Shown here one piece after another: positions 23,667 to 36,947 of a stretch of DNA of 64,000 bases (position 1 is the first letter of the stretch; every line of letters begins with the position of its first letter). The stretch comes from Mobula birostris (lineage: Eukaryota). The stretch is taken from the NCBI RefSeq assembly GCF_030028105.1, contig NC_092385.1, positions 25,882,774 to 25,946,773 on the forward strand, in the 5' to 3' direction. A program made the position numbers and the translations under genes. The notes under the pieces were generated by a model. The model searched no databases and had not been told where the DNA came from. It was given only the letters and a program-made list of their open reading frames with translations.

Positions 23667-26100
23667 ATGGGTGACTTTAACTTCCCTAATATTGATTGGC
23701 ACCTGATTAGTTCCAAGGGTTTAGATGGGGCAGAGTTTGTTAAGTGTGTCCAGGACAGATTCCTGTCACAGTATGTGGACAGGCCGACCAGAGGGAATGC
23801 CATATTAGATCTAGTACTAGGTAATGAACTGGGTCAGGTCACAGATCTCTCAGTGGGTGAGCATCTAGGGGACAGTGACCACTGCTCCCTGGCCTTTAGC
23901 ATTATCATGGAAAAGGACAGAATCAGAGAGCACAGGAACATTTTTAACTGGGGAAAGGCAAATTATGAGGCTATAAGGCTAGAACTTGCGGGTGTGAATT
24001 GGGATGATGTTTTTGCAGGGAAATATACTATGGACATGTGGTCGATGTTTAGAGATCTCTTGCGGGATGTTGGGGATAAATTTGTCCCGGTGAGGAAGAT
24101 AAAGAATGGTAGGGTGAAGGAACCATGGGTGACAAGTGAGGTGGAAAATCTAGTCTGGTGGAAGAAGGCAGCATACATGAGGTTTAGGAAGCAAGGATCA
24201 GATGGGTCTATTGAGGAATATAGGGAAGCAAGAAAGGAGCTTAAGAAGGGGCTGAGAAGAGCAAGAAGGGGGCATGAGAAGGCCTTGGCAAGTAGGGTAA
24301 AGGAAAACCCCAAGGCATTCTTCAATTATGTGAAGAAAAAAAGGGTGACAGGAGTGAAGGTAGGACCGATTAGAGATAAAGGTGGGAAGATGTGCCTGGA
24401 GGCTGTGGAAGTGCGCGAGGTCCTCAATAAATACTTCTCTTCGGTATTCACCAATGAGAGGGAACTTGATGACAGTGAGGACAATATGAGTGAGGTTGAT
24501 GTTCTGGAGCATGTTGATATTAAGGAAGAGGAAGTGCTGGAGTTGTTAAAATACATTAGGACAGATAAGTCCCCGGGGCCTGACAGAATATTCCCCAGGC
24601 CGCTCCACGAGGCAAGAGAAGAGATTGCTGAGCCTCTGGCTAGGATCTTTATGTCCTCGTTGTCCACGGGAATGGTACCGGAGGATTGGAGGGAGGCGAA
24701 TGTTGTCCCCTTGTTCAAAAAAGGTAGTAGGGATAGTCCAGGTAATTATAGACCAGTGAGCCTTATGTCTGTGGTGGGAAAGCTGTTGGAAAAGATTCTT
24801 AGAGATAGGATCTATAGGCATTTAGAGAATCATGGTCTGATCAGGGACAGTCAGCATGGCTTTGTGAAGGGCAGATCGTGTCTAACAAGCCTGATAGAGT
24901 TCTTTGAGGAGGTGACCAGGCATATAGATAAGGGTAGTGCAGTGGATGTGATCTATATGGATTTTAGTAAGGCATTTGACAAGGTTCCACACGGTAGGCT
25001 TATTCAGAAAGTTAGAAGGCATGGGATCCAGGGAAGTTTGGCCAGGTGGATTCAGAATTGGCTTGCCTGCAGAAGGCAGAGGGTGGTGGTGGAGGGAGTA
25101 CATTCAGATTGGAGGATTGTGACTAGTGGTGTCCCACAAGGATCTGTTCTGGGACCTCTACTTTTCGTGATTTTTATTAACGACCTGGATGTGGGGGTAG
25201 AAGGGTGGGTTGGCAAGTCTGCAGACGACACAAAGGTTGGTGGTGTTGTAGATAGTGTAGAGGACTGTCAAAGATTGTAGAGAGACATTGATAGGATGCA
25301 GAAGTGGGCTGAGAAGTGGCAGATGGAGTTCAACCCAGAGAAGTGTGAGGTGATACACTTTGGAAGGACAAACTCCAAGGCAGAGTACAAAGTAAATGGC
25401 AGGATACCTAGTAGTGTGGAGGAGCAGAGGGATCTCGGGGTACATGTCCACAGATCCGTGAAAGTTGCCTCACAGGTGGATAGGGTAGTTGAGAAAGCTT
25501 ATGGGGTGTTAGCTTTCATAAGTCGAGGGATAGAGTTTAAGTCGCAATGTAATGATGCAGCTCTATAAAACTCTGGTTAGGCCACACTTGGAGTACTGTG
25601 TCCAGTTCTGGTCACCTCACTATAGCTAGGATCTGGAAGCATTGGAAAGGGTACAGAGGAGATTTACCAGGATGCTGCCTGGTTTAGAAAGTATGCATTA
25701 TGATCAGAGATTAAGGGAGCTAGGGCTTTACTCTTTGGAGAGAAGGAGGATGAGAGGAGACATGATAGAGGTGTACAAGATAATAAGAGGAAAAGATAGA
25801 GTGGATAGCCAGTGCCTCTTCCCCAGGGCACCACTGCTCAATACAAGAGGACATGTAAGGTAAGGGGTGGGAAGTTCAAGGGGGATATTAGAGGAAGGTT
25901 TTTTACTCAGAGAGTGGTTGGTGCGTGGAATGCACTGCCTGAGTCAGTGATGGAGGCAGATACACTAGTGAAGTTTAAGAGACTACTAGACAGGTATATG
26001 GAGGAATTTAAGGTGGGGGCTTATATGGGAGGCAGGGTTTGAGGGTTGGCACAATATTGTGGGCCGAAGGGCCTGTACTGTGCTGTACTATTCTATATAT
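23667..26100 (+). mobile_element. Young 5'-truncated CR1 LINE (APE end + RT; 537-aa open stretch)
   Basis: [39 protein letters not shown], (F>S)ADD; CR1 3' UTR. Confidence 0.93.
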
Positions 26101-26273
26101 TATATGTGCAGGATCACCTGGCCTACATCTCAGGAAATGAGGTAGGTTTATTCCTACAAGTGGAGGTATGTGATCTAAGTCACTTCATGTATAAAAATAA
26201 CTAACTTTAACAGCTGTGATTGTACAAATATTTAACATACTTTATTAAATATTAAACTCCTCCCTTAATCACA

Positions 26274-26667
26274 GGACTCTGCAGAGAATGGTGTGGACAG
26301 CCCAGCGCATTTGTAGTTGTGAACTTCCCGTGATTCAGGACATTTACAATGACAGGTGTGTAAAAAGGGTCCGTAGGATCACTGGGGACCCGAGTCACCC
26401 CAATCACAATCTATTCCAGCTGCTACCATCCGAGAAATGATACCACCAGCATAAAAGCCAGGACCAACAGGCTCTGGGACAGCTTCTTCCACCAGGCCAT
26501 CAGACAGGTTAACTCACACTGATTTGAGTGTACTCTATGTTACATTGACTGCTTTATTTATTATAATTTTTTTTATAATTTACTATGATTGCACATTTAG
26601 ACGGAGACGTAACGTGAAGATTTTTACTCCTCGTGTATGTGAAGGATGTAAGAAGTAAAGTCAATTC
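26274..26667 (+). mobile_element. Rex1/Babar-type LINE 3' fragment
   Basis: Homologous to 6940-7330. Confidence 0.75.
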
Positions 26668-26739
26668 ATCAGTCATAGACACAGCTTGAAAGTAAATTTG
26701 AAACAGACTTTATGCTACAATAGTTAGATCCCAGCTTAC

Positions 26740-26930
26740 CGTGCAGTCTGTAGAAGCATCACAGTGTTTTCTCCTTCATATGTACAGGAGGCCACCACCC
26801 AAGTGTACAGCAAGGGTAAACCACTGAGCATGGAATACCCATGGCCACCACAAGCTCGGCGACATGTTTCAACTCCAGTACTACAGGCCTCTGACATCAG
26901 AGCCTTCAGGCCTGCAGACAAGGCATGTAA
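26740..26930 (-). CDS. ACOX2: ACOX2 coding exon 9 (LHALSAG...CGGHGY...[15 protein letters not shown]; catalytic Glu)
   Basis: 191 nt, ttacag|...|gtaagc. Confidence 0.95.
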
Positions 26931-27702
26931 CTGTAAAATATGAGAAACATCTGTGCTCATGAATTCAACATTTTAAAATATCCAACAGTAATTCATTTTC
27001 TTTAGGGGGTTTTTCATTGGTCAATGTTTACTGTCAGGAAATCAACTACTCCAGTGCAGGGATACTAGCTAATTTGTGAAATGCAAGGTCCTAGACACAA
27101 CAAGATTAATGATTATATAATTCATTTTAAAACGCAAATGATAAAGGGATAGATGTTGGTCAATCTCCAATTCTGTAATAACATTTACTTCGTTCCCTAT
27201 TTTAGTCTATCTACATACTGATGTAGCTTGTTATTCCTTTAACCCAGCCAGAAGGAAATAAAGACAATTCAAATTCACAAATACTTCAGTATTCTCATAG
27301 GTAGTCTCGTACTCTCCACGTTACATAAACTGTTCATATAAAATTCTGCTTCCCATCTCCTTTCCCTGTTTCAACCCCAGAAAGTATTACCAAATTCTAA
27401 ACAGAAGCCTTGTCTATCCCATGCATCTTCTAATCATAGTATACCATATTCCAATTAACCCCCTTGGATCTTGCTGACCAGTTGTTCAAACTTTCAACAT
27501 TACTTCTACAGTAGATTATCACTAACTTTTTATTCCACATCTTAATATTTCTCGTTTAGGTGCTTCATTCCAGTGATACACGGTTGCTATATTTCGTTAT
27601 CCATGACAGCAGTAGATGGTCTCAATAAATCCCACACCCAATGTTCAATCTCTTGGCATGTTATTTCCTGACCTCAAACACTTTTCCCAGTGCCTATGCA
27701 CC

Positions 27703-27800
27703 CTGACGAAGGGTCTCGGCCTGAAACGTCGACTGCACCTCTTCCTAGAGATGCTGCCTGGCCTGCTGCGTTCACCAGCAATTTTTATGTGTGTTGCTTA
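27703..27800 (+). mobile_element. Short Penelope-derived insert starting exactly at the hammerhead core
   Basis: CTGACGA-agggtctcggcct-GAAACGTC-GACT plus tail; 5' strand of stem I missing. Confidence 0.8.
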
Positions 27801-28088
27801 ACAAATATGGAATGTCTTACCTCCTCTTAATATATAGGATAATTATTATTTGTTTGTAGTTATAATACACTGTACTGGTATTGTACATCACACAGCAGAC
27901 AGCATTCACTCAAATGCATGATAAGTAGCAGCATTGGAAATTTAGAAAGATATAGGTAATCCCAGGCATTATTTGTACTTTTCTTTCAATTCCATGATTT
28001 TGCACATATAACTGGAAGCTATCTTAAGTGTTCACTAATGGTTGGTTAACAGTGTTAGATCATCATCTCATACTAAAGTTTACCTTAC

Positions 28089-28254
28089 CTCAGGTACAGA
28101 TGAGGTATTTCTCTTGGTTTTGATCTGTAACTTCACTTGGTTGCAAAAGGCTTCAATAGACAAACACATGAAATGAAAGGCAAAAGTTGTGGCAAGCTGG
28201 GGAAGTAGTTTCTGTTGTTGGGTCTGGTGGTCTAGAATTTTAGCCTCTTTTTCA
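28089..28254 (-). CDS. ACOX2: ACOX2 coding exon 8 (EKEAKILDHQTQQQKLLPQLA...VPE)
   Basis: 166 nt, ctttag|...|gtaagg. Confidence 0.92.
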
Positions 28255-29778
28255 CTAAAGGAGACAGAATTTCAAAAATAGTTAAAGCTGATTGTTAAAA
28301 CACATCAAATCTATTCATGCATCTTTTTTTGACCGTCTTATATTTGGTACAACTTTTCATTTAAAAAATTGTTTTGTGAGAAGTGGAAGGATTACTTTGC
28401 AACAAATGAGTTAATAAATAAATAAGAGATAGCAGGTGCAGGTCATTTAACCTATTGTGCTTGCTTTGCCATTCAACAATTTTTTTGCTGATCTTTCACC
28501 CATGTTTCTGATCTATAAAACTTCTATTGACTCTATCTTGAATATACTGAGTGACTGTTCCTTTACAGCCCCGTTCAGTAGGGATTTCCGAAGATTTGTT
28601 ACCCTCTGAATGAAGAAATTTCCTCTCATCTATGTCCTAAATGGCCAGCCTGTTATTTTGAAATTATGACCTGTGGTTTTAGACATCCCAGCCAGGAGAA
28701 AATTAATTCTGCATCTACTAAGTGAATAACCTCATATTTTCCATATTATATTCCATCTGACATGTCCTTGTGCATTAATTTAATCTGGTTATATTCCACT
28801 GAAGCCTGCCGGCAGCTTCTTCGCAGATCACACAGCCACCTAGTTTGTAGTACAAGTAAACTTGGATACCCATTTGATCCGCTCATTCAATCACAGTATG
28901 AAGCTTGTGAACAGTTGGGATCCATCACCAGATGACGTGATATTCTTCTAGTCACAGTCTCACCACATACAGTATAACCAAAAGGAAATGAAAATACTTT
29001 ACAATGAAAATAAGGCTTGACTGCAACGTACAACAAAAATATGTTAGTGGAGGCATCGAATATAATCAAAACAGTCTGTACTATTATTGGGTAAGAATTT
29101 GCCTAGAATTATGTTTATCCTATTTAACACTTGATTATGGATTGTATTGGCTTTTAAACAGTACAAAGAAAGGGAAACTAACACAAATTCTGGGTATGAG
29201 GAATTTATGGGAGGAAAAGTTACCGAAATTGCATTTTTTAAAAAGAGTATTTATTTTATGTCATGATTGAAGTTATGCATGTATTTCCATTGAAACTGGT
29301 AAGACCAAAATAGAGAGATTCACAATAGGTGTGTAATTGAGTAACAATTCACATCCATTTAATGGGCAATAGATTGGAAGGATTAGGCTAGCAAAATAAC
29401 TTATAAACAAAGTTTAACTGTGACATCAGAGTAATTGAATACATCTCAGGAAGGGAAAGGGATCAAAATAAATTACGAGATAGCATGCCCCATTAGCCAA
29501 AGGTAGAACTTGTTCGAGTTTCTGATTCATTCTTCTATTCTTAAAACTGCTCATTTTATAATGAGATTATCACAATGAACTAATTTAGCTTTCTCATGCA
29601 TTTCAATCAAAAAAGATTTTATATCAAAAATTAGCTTTCTACATTTATACCACATTTTAGCTTGGAAAATAAAACCTGCCGTAAATATGAAAACAAATTA
29701 AAGAACAATTACTAACAACAAATTCATTCAGTTATCACTACTTTAGTAAGTGGCACTGAACTCATTCTTCAGACGTAC

Positions 29779-29951
29779 CCAGGCTTTAATTCTGACTGAC
29801 GTCTCACCACAGAATATCGAATAGCGATAACACAGGCTTTAGTAAGAGCAGGTACCACTTCTCTAGATAGCATTTGCACTCGAGTAAACACCATACTGAT
29901 GTAATTGATTCTGTCAGATCCTTGATTAACGTAACTGCCATCTGAAGTTAC
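29779..29951 (-). CDS. ACOX2: ACOX2 coding exon 7 (VTSDGSY...IAIRYSVVRRQSELKPG)
   Basis: 173 nt, ttccag|...|gtacgt. Confidence 0.94.
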
Positions 29952-30369
29952 CTGGAAACAGCAATGAAAAACCTGCATTTGCAATTCAGTGAAGTGTAAA
30001 AGGAGCTGCTAGGAACATTAACTAGGGAATATCCCACTGATAGATAAAACATTTGTGTTACTTACATTCTACAATTCAGGACTGACACAGAGTCCTATAA
30101 TAGAAGTGAAACTTGTTGTATTTGCATATTCAGCAGAAAATGCAATGTTACCATCTATACAAATCCAAAATAATATCCAAAACCTTATCCTATCTTTCAC
30201 TTTTCAAAAGAAACTAAATGACACCAATTCTTTTAAGATATTCAACAACATTACAATGGCAGAGTCTCATTCCATCAAACTGTTGAGATGCACCACTAGA
30301 TAGACACTCAAAATAGGTCAGCCCTGTTGCAAGAGGAAGATTAAATGTTACAAAGACACATGAACAGAG

Positions 30370-31024
30370 ACTTTAACTTTAGCAAGTTCTAGAGATTTCT
30401 GCAGGTCTTTTGCTGTTACCCTTAGGTTCTATTTCACCCTCTTCAGCATTGCATGTTGTGCTTATGATCTTTGCAAGACGACCAATCATTGGGAGAGTAG
30501 GAACAATACCGAATTTCCTCCATTTGTAGACAATTTCTCTTCCTGTGGACTGATGAACACTCAGGTCTTTAGAAACGCTTTTGTAACCTTTCCAGATTCA
30601 TGTATTTCTACAATTATTCTAAGGTCCTCTGAAAGTTGTTCTGATCAAGGCATGGTGCACATAAAGTTCTTTCTCGAGAAGAGCAGGCTCTGTCAGTAAC
30701 CTGACTTTGTGTCTTTTTTAATAGGGCAGGGCAGCTCTACAACCCACACCTTCAATCTCAACTCACTGACTGGAACACCTGACTTCAAATAGCTTTTGTA
30801 GACGGCATTGCCCCAGAGTTTCACATACTTGTTTGAACCTAGACACTGATTGTTTAAATGGTGTACTCAGTAATGATGAGTACAATTATTTGTGTGTTAC
30901 CAGTTTAGGCAAATTGCGTTTTTACTATCATTGTGATTTAGATGAAGATCAGACTACATTTTATGGGTAATTAATACAGAAAACCAGCTAACTGCAAGTG
31001 TCCACAATCTTGTTCTTGCAACTG
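30370..31024 (-). mobile_element. Tc1-like DNA transposon remnant
   Basis: Terminus TA-CAGTTGCAAGAACAAGATTGTG on the minus strand, Tc1-type. Confidence 0.6.
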
Positions 31025-31029
31025 TATCG

Positions 31030-31625
31030 ATGCAGCTATAAAGAAGGCAAGACTGTGGCTATATTTTATTTGGAGTTTGAGGAGATTTTGTATGCTTCCT
31101 AAAACACTTGTGAATTTCTACAGATGTACCGTGGAGAGCATCCTAACTGGTCTGGTATATGGGGGTGGGGGGGGGGGGGGGGGAGGTGGAGTTACTGCAC
31201 AGGATCGGAGTAACCTGCAGAGAGTTGTAAGATTAGTCGGCTCCATCATGGGCACTAGCCTCCATTGCATCCAAGACATCTTCAAGGAGAGATGCCTCAA
31301 AAGGCAGTGTCCATTCATTAAGGACCCCCACCACCCAGGACATGTCCTCTTTTCACTGTTACCATCAGGAAGGAGGTACAGAAGGCTGAAACACACACTC
31401 AATGATTCAGGAACAGCTTCTTCCCCTCTACCATCTGATTTCTGAATGGACATTGAACTCACGAACACTACCCCACTACTACTTTATTTCTGTTTTAGTA
31501 CTATTTAACTATTTTTAATATATTTACACTTCATTTTTTTTTCTGTATTATCATGTACTGCATTGTACTGCCGCTGCAAAGTTAACAAATTTCACAACAT
31601 ATGCCAGTGATATTAAACCTGAGAT
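31030..31625 (+). mobile_element. Rex1/Babar-type LINE 3' fragment
   Basis: FYRCTVESILTG...LLPSGRRYR. Confidence 0.8.
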
Positions 31626-31933
31626 TGAATCTGTACAAAGAAGGCATGGACCCTAAAAGTTAAACAGTATCCTAATTTGGGTATGTTTTGCCTGTCATTA
31701 AATTCTCTCATTCAAGATCCTTGAAATCCCTCCCTGTGGGAGTACCTTCACCATATACACTGTAGTACTTCAAGATGTTAGCCCACCACCACCACTGGGA
31801 TGTGCATTACCTGCTGGCCTTACTAGTGACATCCAAATCCAAACCGGATTTCTTGAAAACCCAAGGACTGGCTATGCAGTTCAATTAAATCTGGAAGTTT
31901 TCTGCTGTCAGTTTCTCTTTCTACTAGTCTGTG

Positions 31934-32143
31934 TTCCTTTTCGCGCCTTGTGACGCATCGGGCAGCATTTTACCTGTTTCTGTAGCGTTTAACTGGTTCC
32001 TGTTTCTGTAGTGTTTGACTGTTTTTTTTACGAGGTCAAGTTGCTCGCTTGACACACAACCCAGCACAATGAGCCAGCCGGATTTGAACCTGGGACCATT
32101 TGCCTTGAAGTCCGGTGCTGATGCCACTACACCACCGGCTGGC
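31934..32143 (-). mobile_element. tRNA-derived SINE
   Basis: A box tggtgtagtgg and B box ggttcaaatcc; no intact anticodon arm. Confidence 0.65.
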
Positions 32144-32338
32144 TTATGTTTACTTTTATGAAACTTTAAATTGTAGATTATACTTTCAGCTTTCTCGGAA
32201 ACACTGATCTGCAGAGTGGTCTAGGTGTTTGCAGGCATACATTACACAGTGTTATCGGTTAGAATGATAACCAATAGTGTATTTTATATACAGAGATTTG
32301 TGAATGATTACAGTTAAGAATTATAAATAATGATTTAC

Positions 32339-32454
32339 CCAACTATATCTGCTTAGCATATTTTCCTTGGGAACATGAACATTTTGGATCATCAAATATC
32401 CATTGTCAATCTGTTCAAAGGCCATTTTTGGACCAATATCTCCAACTTTGATAC
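32339..32454 (-). CDS. ACOX2: ACOX2 coding exon 6 (GIKVGDIGPKMAFEQIDNGYL...ENMLSRYSW)
   Basis: 116 nt, tttcag|...|gtaaat. Confidence 0.93.
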
Positions 32455-32840
32455 CTGAAACCACATAAGAAACATTAGCAATACATTATGTTCATAAACA
32501 GAAGCTACGTTAACCACAGAATGTCAAAAAATACCCAAATAACTGCCTTGACAATTTGATAATTAGCGAAAGTTATAATCGTTTAGGAAACATGGTCATT
32601 AGGAACACAAACGGCTCAAAGCAAAGTAATTTCACAGAAGGTTTTGCTAGAGTGCAGAGAGATATGGGAGATGACCTGTGTGTCAGTGAGCATCATTTGA
32701 GGGAGTCAGTGAACACTCTCTGATGAACAAGCATAATTTTATTTAAATAAAACAGCAAGTACAGATGTATTAATTTACTTTTTGCCATGTAGGTTAATAA
32801 GCAATAATCAGAAGTTTGTACAAAAATTATTTAATTAATA

Positions 32841-33190
32841 TCAGATTGGAGGCCTGTGACTAGTGGTGTGCCTCAAGGATCTGTGCTGGGACTATTGCTG
32901 TTTGTTGTCTATATCAATGATCTAGATAATAATGTGGTAAATTAGGTCAGCAAGTTTGTTGATGACACTAAGATTGGAGGCATTGTGGACAGCGAGGAAG
33001 GCTTTCAAAGCTTGCAGAGGGACCTGGACCAACTGTAAAAATGGGCCAGAAAATGGCAGATGGAATTTAATGCAGGCAAGTGTGAGGTGTTGCAATTTGG
33101 AAGGACAAAGCAAGGTCGGACATGCACAGTAACGGTAGGGCACTGAGGAGTGTGGAGGAACAAAAAGATCAGGGAATTCAGATACATAAC
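32841..33190 (+). mobile_element. CR1 RT internal fragment
   Basis: [12 protein letters not shown]...KFVDDTK. Confidence 0.75.
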
Positions 33191-33729
33191 TTTGTTTGCA
33201 CCTTGGGATTTGTTACTGTGTGCACAGTAGTGGGTCTGCAATTGGATCCCTGCTCCAGCGGCTTGACATTGATATATTGTGAACTTGCAGAATGGCCATA
33301 TTATTGAAATTTTCCTGACTTTTAGATACTAACTTTGTAAGGAAATTAAGGTCATCACAGGTCAATTATCCCCTAATCCTCGGACAGGATTGATGAATAT
33401 ACAAAGAATGGAGTATGGCTGAGGACGTAAGCTCACAAGAGTTCCAGGAAGAGCTCAGTACTAGAGAACAGCATTCTAATATTTAGCAGATCACATGCTC
33501 TGGCTTAGGGCATACCTATGTTGTGTAATGAATGTCTAAGTAGCCAGCAGTTATGTGTAACTGCCACCTTGGCTTCAGAAGATGTGTCTTACTGCGTCTA
33601 CCTCTTCCTGCATGTATCAGCACAACAATGACAACAGTACTTTATTATCGTGCACTTCTCCAGAATCAAGAAAACTTTACTGTGCTAAAAAAAATCTTCA
33701 CATCATCAGGAAAATGCTTTATACATTAC

Positions 33730-33849
33730 CTGGCAAAGCGGAATGATCTACCAGGCTGCGGATCTGTACAATAAAGGCATGCATTCCATGGCACACTCCC
33801 TTAGTATACAACTGAGCCAGGACGACAGCATGAGTCGCTGACCTACCCA
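33730..33849 (-). CDS. ACOX2: ACOX2 coding exon 5 (LGRSATHAVVLAQLY...HAFIVQIRSLVDHSALP)
   Basis: 120 nt, ttccag|...|gtaatg. Confidence 0.94.
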
Positions 33850-34555
33850 CTGGAAGTAAGAAACAAATTATATGAAGGTTTTCCTAATAATTTTAAAAGA
33901 GTATCTAATATTTATCCTTGAACAAGATGACTAATTTATGCCTTCCACTATTAGCGTCCCATTATGTTCACAAATATGATGGATTTGCACATTAATTGCC
34001 CAATAACTTCACCACAGAATGTTAGTTAATTGTGGGTATAGGTATCCTGTTATCAATGTGGTAATGTTGGGCAACCTCTCTGGCCCAGAAGAAAACAGGT
34101 TAAATGGTTTAATTTCATTCCTTCACTAAGTCAATTATTACTAACGGGTTTGAAAAAATGTTATTACTTTCTCTCTTTCTGTCTAATCTTAATTTTCCCT
34201 CAGATCTGCACTGAACTAGAATCTGATTTAGCCTCTTGTTCTGCTGTTTCCTTCTTTGCTTAATCATTCATTATTACTTGAAGAGATGCTTTGTTGGCCC
34301 TGGCCACATGTGCCTCAATCTCCTTCAATGGCACAGTAATAGGCCAGTATCTTCAGCTGAAGCCCACAGTAAAAAAAAACCCAAATGACAGCAGGTTCAT
34401 CGAGAAACCCCTCTCCAAGCTTGAAAGCTGTAAGTTTGCCTGAAATTTATAAATTAAATTACTGTACATTAAAAATTATATTAATTTTGAGTTACTTTAG
34501 CAGAAGGCAGAAGCAAATAACATAATACTAGTGTATGAATATTTTAGAGGCTTAC

Positions 34556-34663
34556 AGTCACCAGGCCACCACTTTATTGAGGATATTTTGGGTGTGTTCA
34601 GCAGAAAATCCTGGCAGGAAGTGTCAAAGGTCGCTGTTGTTTCTAGACCTCGAAGATTTGAGC
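34556..34663 (-). CDS. ACOX2: ACOX2 coding exon 4 ([14 protein letters not shown]...KWWPGD)
   Basis: 108 nt, cttcag|...|gtaagc. Confidence 0.94.
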
Positions 34664-34999
34664 CTGAAGTAAACAGGAACATTCAAATAGTGAATATAAA
34701 TGTTGAGTGAATACAGATGGAAGCAAAAGATTGATTAGCCCTTTTCAGCTGTTGTTATGTATTTGCACAGACTGCACATCTTATTACAACATTAGCTACT
34801 TTGCACTGTCGAATTCTATTAATAACACACTATATTATGTTCTGCAAGAGGCTCTGATTAATCCAAACATCCTAAACCAAAAAGCTATGCTGACACAACT
34901 GAAACAGAATGAGTATCCAACTTCCTCAATGAATATGTTAACCAGCCAAATATCAATGACTGATACACAATGCCTTTAACTGAACTTGTAAATGGTTTT

Positions 35000-36425
35000 A
35001 AACATAGAAACATAGAAAATAGGTGCAGGAGTAGGCCCTTCGGCCCTTCGAGCCTGCACCACCATTCAGTATGATCATGGCTGATCATCCAACTCAGAAC
35101 CCTGTACCAGCCTTCCCCCCTCATACCCCTTGATCCCTTTAGCCACAAGGGCCATATCTAACTCTCTCTTAAATATAGCCAATGAACTGGCCTCAATTGT
35201 TTCCTGTGGCAGAGAATTCCACAGATTCACCACTCTCTGTGTGAAGAAGTTTTTCCTAATCTTGGTCCTAAAAGGCTTCCCCTTTATCCTCAAACTGTGA
35301 CCCCCTCGTTCTGGACTTCCCCAACATCGGGAACAATCTTCCTGCATCTAGCCTGTCCAATCCCTTTAGGATTTTATATGTTTCAATAAGATCCCCCCTC
35401 AATCTTCTAAATTCCAACGAGTATAAGCCTAGTCGATCCAGTCTTTCATCATATGAAAGTCCTGCCATCCCAGGAATCAATCTGGTGAACCTTCTTTGTA
35501 CTCCCTCTATGGCAAGGATGTCTTTTCTCAGATTAGGGGGCCAAAACTGCACACAATACTCCAGGTGTGGTCTCACCAAGGCCTTGTACAACTGCAGTAG
35601 TACCTCCCTGCTCCTGTACTTGAATTCTCTTGCTATGAATGCCAGCATACCATTCGCCTTTTTCACCGCCTGCTGTATCTGCATGCCCACTTTCAACGAC
35701 TGGTGTATAATGACACCCAGGTCTCGTTGCACCTCCCCTTTTCCTAATCGGCCACCAGATAATAATCTGTTTTCCTCTTTTTGCCACCAAAGTGGATAAC
35801 CTCACATTTATCCACATTAATTTGCATCTGCCATGAATTTGTCCACTCACCTAACCTATCCAAGTCACCCTGCATCCTCTTAGCATCCTCCTCACAGCTA
35901 ACACTGCTGCCCAGCTTTGTGTCATCTGCAAACTTGGAGATGCTGCAATTAATTCCCTCGTCTAAATCATTAATATATATTGTAAACAACTGGGGTCCCA
36001 GCACTGAGCCTTGCGGTACCCCACTAGTCACTGCCTGCCATTCTGAAAAGGTCCCGTTTATTCCCACTCTTTGCTTCCTGTCTGCCAACCAATTCTTTAT
36101 CCACATCAATACCTTACCCCCAATACCGTGTGCTTTAAGTTTGCACACTAATCTCCTGTGTGGGACCTTGTCAAAAGCCTTTTGAAATTCCAAATATACC
36201 ACATCCACTGGTTCTCCCCTATCCACTCTACTAGTTGCATCCTCAAAAAATTCTATGAGATTCGTCAGACATGATTTTCCTTTCACAAATCCATGCTGAC
36301 TTTGTCCGATGATTTCACCGCTTTCCAAATGCGCTGTTATCACATCTTTGATAACTGATTCTAGCATTTTCCCCACCACCGATGCCAGGCTAACTCTAGC
36401 ATTTTCCCCACCACTGATGTCAGTT
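35000..36425 (-). mobile_element. Young 5'-truncated CR1 LINE
   Basis: RT with KFADDTK; (TTCTATGT)n-type tail at ~35000. Confidence 0.92.
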
Positions 36426-36671
36426 TTCAAAGCATAATAGTCACTTTTCAAAAACCCTTCTAAAAAGATGAATTGATTTGGATGCAAAAACTATGGAGAT
36501 TTCAATACAATATGATCTGCTTGCATTAGAAAATTATAATACTTCACATAACAGCTTTTTAAAATGGTATATTTAATACTGACATGTCTTGAAGCTGGAT
36601 TTCATCATGGAAAATATAAAACAATTGAAACAATGCTAGAAAATTACTAGAAAAACAAAATGTTGATTTAC

Positions 36672-36826
36672 CATGTCCTAACTCTGTTTGAGCATAAGCT
36701 CCAATAATCTGGTAATTCTTAGCAAGCGGAATCCACTTAGCGATCTGTGCATCAGTCCCCAGTCTAATAATGGTTGGTATAAACACACCACTGTGGATTC
36801 CAAAAGCCAGATTGCTTCCTAATGTC
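36672..36826 (-). CDS. ACOX2: ACOX2 coding exon 3 (TLGSNLAFGIH...YAQTELGHG)
   Basis: 155 nt, ctttag|...|gtaaat. Confidence 0.94.
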
Positions 36827-36947
36827 CTAAAGCCAGGTAGAAGCACAAATATATTCACTGATAAGAATGCTGAATTTTAATGTTTCTTTTTAGTGAAAAA
36901 CCAAATTCATCACACATTATATACTGACATTACTATTTGCCATTATA

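Noticed and set aside
23963-25451. Multiple antisense ORFs over CR1
   Set aside because: Shadow frames of LINE coding sequence.
32072-32143. tRNA-like sequence with TCA in the loop position (Sec/suppressor?)
   Set aside because: The anticodon stem does not pair, the T-stem is short, and it continues into a SINE body.
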